Shown here one piece after another: positions 53,994 through 64,000 of a stretch of 64,000 nt of DNA. The translations under genes were made by a program, and so were the position numbers. Origin of the DNA: the human T2T-CHM13v2.0 reference genome, Homo sapiens; assembly GCF_009914755.1 (NCBI RefSeq), contig NC_060937.1; one strand, 5' to 3'. Below the pieces are notes generated by a model. That model had not been told where the DNA came from. It saw only the letters and a list, made by a program, of their open reading frames with translations, and ran no database searches. How positions within the stretch are numbered: position 1 is the stretch's first letter; each line of letters starts with the position of its first letter.

Positions 53994-56584
53994 AGTTTGA
54001 CAGGTTGTTTTCTTCCAAAGATGATAAGCTTAACATTGGAGGGTATAGATCTTGATGCTGGACTTAGATGCTCACTAATTTAAGGAATCACCATCAACAA
54101 AGAAGGAAAGAGAGAGAAAAGACTTGGGAAATGGGTTTGGTGGTTGGTGGAGGAGGCATGGGAGTTATCTTGAATATTCAAAGTGCGGTCTTTAAGAAGC
54201 AGCATTAGCTTTTTCTGTTCTGTATCTACTAGGCTCCAGTTGAGGCATTTTTTTTTTTTTTGGACAAGGGGGATGTTTTTCTAGGAAGTATAGATGAAGT
54301 GTAACCGGCTACCTTACCATTAGTCAGAGCATTCTGGTGACATCAGCATTTCCCTCACTAAATATGCTGCAGAGCCCTATCTACCTTCTCAACATTAACA
54401 CCCAGCAACCAGGAGAGGAGAGAGGCCTGGGGAAGACAGCCACCACCAAGTACACAAAGGTTGAAAGAGGACGTTTGTGGGAAGTAGACATTTGTGAATG
54501 TGGATTTAGAAGATTTTTCCCTGTGATGAGCTGAGTCATGGGTGAGAGCTGGAGAAAACAGAGGTAAGGCACATGATTTCAAGTGGTTTGATGGCAAAAG
54601 GTAACATATTTCAACTGATTTGATGATGAAGGAAGCGGGAGCGGTAGCTGGAGGGGCATCTCTGGCACATTAACAGGCTGAAATCATGAGCCAGAGAAGG
54701 GGTTTGAAGATGGAGAAGAGGGAGGCAACGTGGGGTCCTGGAGGGCTGGAAGGGTGTGGACAGGCAGTGTGAGGACTGCTCTAGCTGAGGCAGGCTGGAA
54801 AAATCTCAAGATGGTGCAGAGGTCAAATGTAGTGAAGAAAAGTACAATGATGCCTGAGACTATTTCCTTTGTAAGGTGTGCTAGATAAGTTTACTGACTG
54901 CACAGAGTGTGCTGGATTCAGGGCTAAATGCTCTCATCCTCTTTCGTCTCCTTCTTCCTCATGGAAATTTGCCTCAGATCTCTGTGTTGCTGTCCAGGAA
55001 TAACTTGTGCCATGTGCAGTTTGATTTCTGTTGCCAGCAGTGAGTCCCTTCTCCTCTCTCTCTCCACCCTTTTTCCAGCAACACAGGCAGCCCAGGGGCT
55101 GAGCAGGTCCTCCTACCTGATCCATCGCTCTGTCTGCAAGCTCTCCTGTCACAAGTGAGTGGCTGACAGCCTCCAGAAAACACCAGTCAGTTACACTGTG
55201 ATGTGCAGTCTGGCCAGGGCTCAGTGGAGAAGCCCACACTCATTTATCCATCACTGAATGTTGGTTGTGCCTCAGGAAACAGTCTGGTTGCCAGATACAG
55301 ACTGGCCAAGAAAATGGACGTGATTAGTCCTCTTTTGGTCCGTATAATGTGAAGACGGTCATGTGAGCTAATGTGTGCTGAGCAAAGGGAGGATTTGGAT
55401 TCTTTTGCTTTATCGGTCAATCCTCTTCTCCCATCAAATCAATGTGGAAATCAACAGAGTCCCAATGGCCTTCTTTGGTAAAGCCCTTGGTAGTTCTATT
55501 TTTTAAGCAGTTTAATAAATATCACAATGAATGAGATTGCAGGTAATTAATGATTTAGTGAACTGTTTGCAGTACTATTGAACATGAGCTGCAGAAATTA
55601 TGAAATGGTAGGTTGGTCCTTCCCTACCTCTCTCCAACACCCCCGTCCCATCACCTGAAAACCCTCACTCTGCTGTCTGTGAGCCAGTACGAGAGTTTGA
55701 GAGATAGATTTTCAGAGCCTCATTTTCTGCCCTTTGAATGGCGAAAAAGCATTTTCTTTAAATTGAATACTTGCAAGCCTCATCTCATTGAAGTTTTTGG
55801 ATGAGAAGCTCCGGTTAAGCTTAAATTATTATGGCCTTCACATTGTTTCCTAAACCAACTGCTTTAACTCAGGGTGGAAAATGCATCTACATTTCTTTTT
55901 CTTTCTTTCCATTTCTAATTAGATTTTGAGTTTAATAATGAATTAAGTTTAATAGGTCCTGAGCCCTAGAGGCAGCCTTTTTGAATTTCGCTTACTTTTG
56001 TTTGAACTGGAGTAGCCATGCATCACCAGGAGTAAACGAATTCATCTGTATTGTGAATTGTATTAATAAAAAACCATGGAAATGGTAGAATTTTAATGAT
56101 TAGATTACTATTATCTAGAAATATTATAACTTTAATGATTGTGTTATTTTATTTATCTTAAAGTCTCAAATCATCATTTTCTTTTAAATTAATGCACCAG
56201 ACCAAAACAATGTGATGAATCAGGGAATATTTGATATTTTAAGGACCATCCACATTTTACACTTTAACTAGAAAAAGCTTTCTGTAAATCTTCACCCACA
56301 CACTTTTCTTTGAACTTACCAGCTATGAATTTATAATTGCGGAGAAGCATGTATATGTATCTAAAATGGCAGTTGGGGTGGAATAATTTGTATTTGATTT
56401 TGATTAATTTCAATTGGACACCAGTATTTTTGCTTATATAGGAAATTACTTTCTTGGCCATGAAGATTTTGCACATCTCTCTAATTGGAGTCCCTTAACC
56501 CTTCCTCTGAAATGGCACAGGGCTTTACTTTTACATATTCGGTGTATCTTATGTGCTTGAAGAGCAGCTTTCTATCCTGACAGC

Positions 56585-56950
56585 AGCGTGGGAGCTAGAG
56601 TCCAAGGAAACTGGTTTGAATTCCAACTGCGCTCATTTTAGATCTGCATACTTGAGCAAGTGCTTAAATTTCCTGGGTCTCAGTTTCCTGATCTGTGAAA
56701 CAGGGATGCTAATTTATAGGAGGGTTGGTGTGCAAATGAGAGACAAGCTGATAAAACACGGAGTTCGCTTCCTGCCCACAGTGGTCAGGCAATTATTTTG
56801 CCGATGCGTCTGCCTCTGTCACTAGACAGGTGCTGATCAGGGTAAAGGCTATTTCTGTCTCGTTCACTTTTCTGTCCTCATTCCTTAGCACAGTGTTTTA
56901 CTTACAGAAGAGATCAGTTCATGTTTCTTGATTGAGAAAATTAAATAAAG
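56585..56950 (+). mobile_element. MIR followed by an L2 3' end
   Basis: ctcagtttcctgatctgtgaaacaggg; ccttagcacagtg...atgtttcttgattga. Confidence 0.65.
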
Positions 56951-59399
56951 CCCATCATAAACTCTAACAAGAAAATCCAAAAAGGTGTGAAATTCCTACT
57001 TTCTTGCCCTACACCAATTTCTTTCTATATGTGATGCTAGTTTGTAAATAGATGAAGGCACTTACATTACACATTAGCTAAGGTCTTATCTAGAGGGTAA
57101 AATAATTTTCACATCTCAAGTAAACAGAGAGAGTTGAAATGGCCACAAAGAATTTGTTGTGCATTCTATGTTGTTTCCTATATCCATAATTCTCATTGTG
57201 TCAACACAGTGGTTCAAAAGAGCTTGTCAATAAGCTTAGTAAATACTCCACATAAGTTACAATTCAGATAACAAAAAGTTTGATGTAAAGGTGCTATTTT
57301 TTCATTTCTCATGAGTAGTCATTGTGAGAGATTGTGTCTTCTGTTTAAAATGTAAGACTTATTTTCTAATACCATGCCTGTATGAATTTAATAAGTACAA
57401 TTATTTCTCCCATGCCGGTTCTTGGATTCAAACATCATAGAACATGACTAATTAATGAAGTAATGTAATTGGCTACATGTTTTAATTAAGAAGCTTGGGG
57501 CACATGCACTTTGCTTTTTTTCCCCCATCTATAGTTTATATATTTTTTCCTTTGGAGATGTATGATAAGGATGAGAGTTGCCTGTCAGAATGAGAGTTGG
57601 AGAACTTCTGCTTACAGAAGTCAATATTAAGTGTCTACTAAAATCGGCTAGATCTCTACCAGACAAAGCTTCAGAATAAAATAAGTGATAATAACTACAA
57701 AAGCTGGACATGAACAAAAGCCGCAACCAGGATGCCCTGGAGGGTGAAGAGAAGCAGACAAATCCCCAGGGGAGAGCAGGCTTGCTCAGAGAAGGGGAGG
57801 TAGAAACTCCTTAAGTTATGTGGGAGGGTGGCAGGGGGGCTGAGGCTGGAAAATTACCTGTTGGGTGCAATGTTCACTATTGGGGTGATGAGTACTCTCC
57901 AAGCTCAGACTTCAATATATCCGTGTAACAAAACTGAACTTGGACATATTTCCTAAATCTATACAATTTTTTTGAAAAAGAAACTCCCTAGGTAATTTTT
58001 CTTTGGGGGTTGTGGGGCACATGTGAAAAAAATCTAGCATCTTTCTGCTAGATAAATAAGAAACCAGAAAAGAGCTATTGAAGAAACTAGGAAATTCTCA
58101 AAGGAAACAACCCAAGAATGGATGTCCAAAATCAACGTACCCACAGCTCTGACTGACCCCCGAAACATGCATAGGAAGAATAAACTCAAAGTATATCAGC
58201 TAAGGACAAAATATCTGGACTGAGACCAGAACTGCTGCCCAAGAAACTGAGTTTTCAGTTCATACCAGCTAACAAAATTTTATATAATTACTGAAATATA
58301 TAAATCCACATACCAGAACTGTAGATGCTTTTGTATGTAACTATTACATGTATACAAAAAGAAATAATGAAGGTATGAGGATCATTTAAGTTATAATACT
58401 AATTTAAGTATAATTGTAAAAGCCGTATCATTTTGTCTTTTTAGATTTTCATTGCTAGTTGTTGGTAGATTTAAAATTTGTGAAACCATCTTTATTTCTC
58501 TCTGTATATGTATTTTTTGATTTATTTATGATTAGCATAATTGTAAAAAACATTTAAGCTTTGCTCACTCTCTTAGATTTTGAAGAGCGCTTCAGTATTT
58601 TGTATTGGCATATCCAATCATTTACTTCATCACTTAATAAATTAAACCTTTCCTGAGATAGATATACATCTGCTGGAAATGGGCCTAAATGAAATTGGCA
58701 ACTCACATGTGTCATATCATTTTTTACGCACTTCAGTAGTTACTAACAATTAGAGGTAGGCAGCCCACCCCTGCCCCAGCAAACTGTCTACCAGGAGGTG
58801 CACTGCAAAGACGAGTATTGCAATCTGCATACAGACATAAAACCAATTCTCCATCCTTTTGTGTACTTTGGTAAGTAGTATGTATGAAAGACTTACTCGG
58901 GTGCAAATTCAAAAAGTTCTGAAGGTAGAATATACCAAATTGTTTGAAGTTTTTTAGGCCAAAGGATTAACCAAAGGTTTAGACCTCTGGCACCATTTTA
59001 GAAGATTAATCTGCTCACTCAACAGGCGTTATACACTTATCAGATGAGCCAAGAGGGGTACATAACTATCCTCAGCAATCATATATCAAGTACACCACTC
59101 ATTTCTCCGATGAAATACTATTTGTACCATCCCTTATGTTAATTAATAATTTCTAGTACGCATACAGATTGAGTTATTACAAGGGCTTCTATGGCCCTTT
59201 AGATGGAATCCTGGCTTGGTCTTTCTCTCACCTATTATCCATAGACTATGGATAATAGTCCATAGTTTATTGTCCATGGCTGACATGTGATCAAAGGTCT
59301 TCCTCTTCTGACAAGCAAAAGCAGGAGGTGGAAGGGCAAAGAAAAAGTAAAAGTAGGAGCCTTCACTTTCCCAGTTAAAAATAAGAGAAAACGTTACCG

Positions 59400-60019
59400 A
59401 CCACCCCACCCTCATTGTCTCAGAGCACTTTGTCCAGAAAACTTGTATATTCTTTCTCTGTCTTTTCTAAAGATAGGTAAATATTTTTAAAAGCTAATGT
59501 GGCCAATTTCACAACCTGGAAGTGTCTTTCTCAAAGACCTAGGAGCCATAGCTTGGAAATGTAAACAACAAGGAAGATGACGACCCTGTCTCTCATTTGC
59601 TGTGGGAGGGTAGGAACTTCATTTAGGTGGGCACCTTGTTCCAGGTTGTTAAACTGCTTCCAGTCATAAAGATAAGAGAGTTTATTTTTCCTTTATATAG
59701 AGCTAATTAAGTAACATAGATGGTCACCCCAAATACCAGGTGATTTAAATGAATTACGTGTAATAAATGCTACCACCGAGCCCTCTTACTTGAAGACTAA
59801 TGGTTGTTATGCTGGAGAGTATGTAGGTTGTGTATCCGTGACTATACAAAAGGGTGAGGTTTCTTTCTGTCTTTGCAATCTCTTAGCAGATCACCTGTCA
59901 CATGCATCACTTTCTCAATTAATGCTCATTCAATGATAAAACCATTTTTTTTTTCTCTACTAACTTTGTGGAGAGGATTTCTCGGTTGGATTCAATTCTG
60001 GTTTTTATATTCCCCAACA
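59400..60019 (+). mobile_element. ERV1 (MER4-group, MER31/MER34-like) solo LTR; 5' edge uncertain
   Basis: TATA-like gactatacaaaa, then tctttgcaatctcttagc...tttgtggagagg...atattccccaaca terminus. Confidence 0.65.
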
Positions 60020-61540
60020 AAGGCTAAAGCTTGGGGAACTACGTGATTTATTTGTTATTTTTATTGCATCATGAAGATGACAAGATTTGTTCCTAGAACA
60101 TTTTTTCTTTGTTTGTAGAAATACAATTTATTTTCTAGTGGAGTGGGTGAGCAAATTAACCCTCTCATCTCTGGTGGAATACTGTAACTCAGTTGCCTCT
60201 TTCAGTCACTGTTGAGATCGCCTATCAATCTAATGGTTTTCTCTAGCTGAGCCTTAAGGCCTTTCAGTTCATCCCAATGTGTCCATAGGTGATTTGATCA
60301 ATAGTGTTTAGTCAAGTGTAAACTGGGCCCCAAGACAATTTAGTCAAAATAATAACATACACATATATTCTCTGAATAGTGACTCTTCTGGTGTGTCACT
60401 AGAGTTTGTAGCTCTGTATTTAAACAATTTCTTCAAATTTCAGATCTTTATCAGTATCTTCAATTTCTTTTTCAAAAAAGAAATTTAAAAAACGGATTTA
60501 ACTTTATTTTTCTAGACTGTAGTAGAGAAATAAAATTATCCACCTCTCAGAAAAACACCCACAACACTAACTGCCCAGAGATTCAGACTTCCCAGTGTTT
60601 GGGCATCTGAGTATTTTTCACATTTTTGTTATTGCAAAGAGAACAAAGCAGCAATAAATGAATATACATTAAAAAATACTTTTAGAAGGAATAAATAGAA
60701 ATCACTCCCTCCAAATTCTTACTAGCACCTACATATTTTTAAAAAATCATTTTTACAAACACTGTACTTTAAAAAAACAACACCATTTGAAGAATATTCA
60801 TTTTCAATTAGGTTTTATGTTGAACATCTTACTATCAGTTCAATTCCAATAAGCCAAATTGCTTTCACTAAATTGCTTTCAGCCTAATCATATGCTATTT
60901 CTTAATCCAGTGCTTCTTGTAACTAGCATCAATTAATTGGAGTAATCTTAAAGAATTCATTTTCATTATTGGAGTAATCATAAAGAGTTCTTTTTCACTA
61001 GAGAGGTTGTATTTTAGGATAAATTAATCATTTGCTTGGGATTTATAAGAAAAGAAATTTAGGATTTAAGAACAATTTTCGGATTGCAGGACATTCCCTA
61101 TATTCTGTTGCTTGTTTAAGAAGTTTAAGCCCTTAGCAGCGCCTGAACAAACAATGGGCCCTTAGGCCAAACATCAGTGACAGTAAAATGTTACTGAGCA
61201 GAAATCTAACTTCCAGTATTACAACATTGTAGCAAAGATAACTTTTTCTGAGAAGAGGGATGGGGTACAATAAAAGGGAAGTAATTATTTGTTTAAACTA
61301 ATTGTGAGCTCTGATGACCTTTGACAATTATCTCTCAACTAATTTTAATATTAGAAGAAATCCTTGAGCATTGGTCTTGAACTTCACTCACCCAAATTCC
61401 AATTGCTTAAAAAATTAATATACTTTTTTATGTGGCTTAATTTTTAACAAAGAGCAACTGAAGGCAGGAGAACATTTGGCTTCAATCGCATCCTGATTCT
61501 TAATTTTGAACACAAAAGGCTGCTTTATTTCTCTTCAGTG

Positions 61541-61560
61541 ATTACCACTAGATGGGGCAA
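61541..61560 (+). promoter_or_regulatory. Candidate CTCF site
   Basis: CCACTAGATGGGGCA closely matches the CTCF core and lies in non-repeat DNA. Confidence 0.55.
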
Positions 61561-63161
61561 GCCAGCAGTGACTCTTCCGACTCCTAAGTAGCCCATAATA
61601 GAAAGCTTCTTTCTCAGGAACTGCAGTCATCTCAAACACTCATATAATATATTAATTGTCTCTTTAAAAAGAGAAGATGGTAATGTAATTGTGATTAAGC
61701 CTAGCCTCATGTTCTACCTGTTTTGTGTTTTGGGTAGCCCTGGGCGGGGTCGCTGTTCCTTCCCTTTCCTGACACACTTGTTTCTTCTAAGGAACTGAAG
61801 GAAATCACCAGGACTTTGAGGTGGTTGATTTCAGTAGAGCAAGAGATAATGTAAGTGCTGATGATTTTGGAAACCAAGGAGTATAGGAGGGCATGTAATA
61901 TTGGTATCTTAATATTTTATCTTAAAGGCCAAAGAAGGGAGACCTGAGCTTTCAAAACTCTCTAAGACGAAGATCAATTTCGATATCTTGTCCTTGTTAC
62001 CTAGGAGAGAAAAGGAAAAATGGAAGCATAGAGGAAGGAACTGAGATTTTGTCTGACAATGTAGAAACAAAAACTGACTTTGCCTTGCTTTTGCTATGAC
62101 TAAGAACTTCCTGGGCCGCAAGAGTCTGAAAAAAAAATACTGTGTACCTTGAGATAAGCCAAGAGATAACAGATCATTCTTACTGGTTCTGATACCTAAA
62201 ATAATAAAACCTTGACTATTTTGCATAAATATGGACTTCATGACAAAAAATTTTATTCCCGATTTTTTACATATTGATATCTGAATACATATTATGAACT
62301 TTGTGAATATCATAACTGCACGAGAAATTGCTTTTTCCTGAAAGTGTAGACTACTATAAACTTACTAAACATTGTGATTTGCAACTGTTAAAAATATTTA
62401 TGTTTTATATTTGTTGAGCCAGGTTTTCTGAAGTCTGACTCCCCTAGAACTCCTTGCAAATAAAACCTTTTCTTTTCTAAGTGACTCTGTCTCTGAGTCT
62501 TCCTTTGACAACATTTTCAACACATACACTGCATGCGAAGATGTTTGATAAAGAAGAAATCTTGCTTTCAGAAATAAAAATCAGATTTGATGTAACCCTC
62601 AGGTTAGACAGTTTTTCCTTTGATTTATTTAAGCAACATCTTTTTAGAATCTTTTTATCGTTACTTCCAATCAAAAAGCAGAGACCACAGCCTATAATTC
62701 TGGAGTATTTTCAGCCTGGCACATTTTGCTAGGCAACTTCCAATATGCTTTCTCTTCTTTTTTGGTAACAGAAGTTTATGCCAGGTTAATTACTTCTCAG
62801 AAGGTTACATTGCTCAGTGTCCCACCCTGAAGATGGATGTGGCTATTTGATATACTTATAGGCAACAGAAGGTAATGGAAAATGTGAACAGTTTTGGTGA
62901 AACTTCCCTAAAAGTTATCTAGCTCCTGTTCTTTACTGTTTTCTTCTTTGCCCATTACCATTTCCTGTTAGCTGGAATAGCATCATAGCTGGTGCTGGAG
63001 TAATAGTTTTGATTTATGAGATGAATTTGGAAAAGATAACCATGCACAACTGAGACAAAATAGAACTTGGCTCTCTGAGGATATTGTAGAACAGTAAACC
63101 AGCTGTGGATATACCCTCCCTGAATTCCATGAGAAAGAATGAATTGAATTAATTTCATTAA

Positions 63162-63906
<745 letters not shown>

Positions 63907-64000
63907 GGCCTGAGTATCAATAAGCATTTTTCAGGAATCATTCTAAGTGCTTCAAGTTGAGAAGATTTAACACATGAAATGGAGGTTAGAAAACTGTCAG

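Noticed and set aside
54500-55400. GC-elevated unique segment with an AP-1 motif and short ORFs
   Set aside because: No CpG island, convincing exon or protein similarity; a single motif is insufficient

Overview
Primate (almost certainly human) genomic DNA: AT-rich, CpG-poor and dense in repeats. The first 27.5 kb hold the 3' part of TNFSF13B (BAFF/BLyS) on the + strand. Coding exons 3 (57 nt), 4 (113 nt), 5 (151 nt) and 6 (113 coding nt) splice in frame to the TNF-homology domain ending ...VTFFGALKLL*. A ~1.55 kb 3'UTR follows and carries the common, non-BAFF-var allele. The rest is intergenic and dominated by Alu, L1 (including one full-length decayed L1PB), THE1/MST/MLT1 LTRs, Tigger elements, MIR and L2. 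None of the ORF-track entries looks like a real gene; most are repeat read-throughs. I found no new gene system. The best leads are: a candidate poison exon in intron 3; an L1 inserted at the exon-3 splice donor; a ~400-bp-arm inverted duplication; several templated-insertion scars; a 17-bp tandem miR-30 seed array in the part of the UTR that BAFF-var removes; and an antisense THE1 LTR just past the poly(A) site. Repeat subfamily calls are from memory of consensus sequences, and their edges are approximate.
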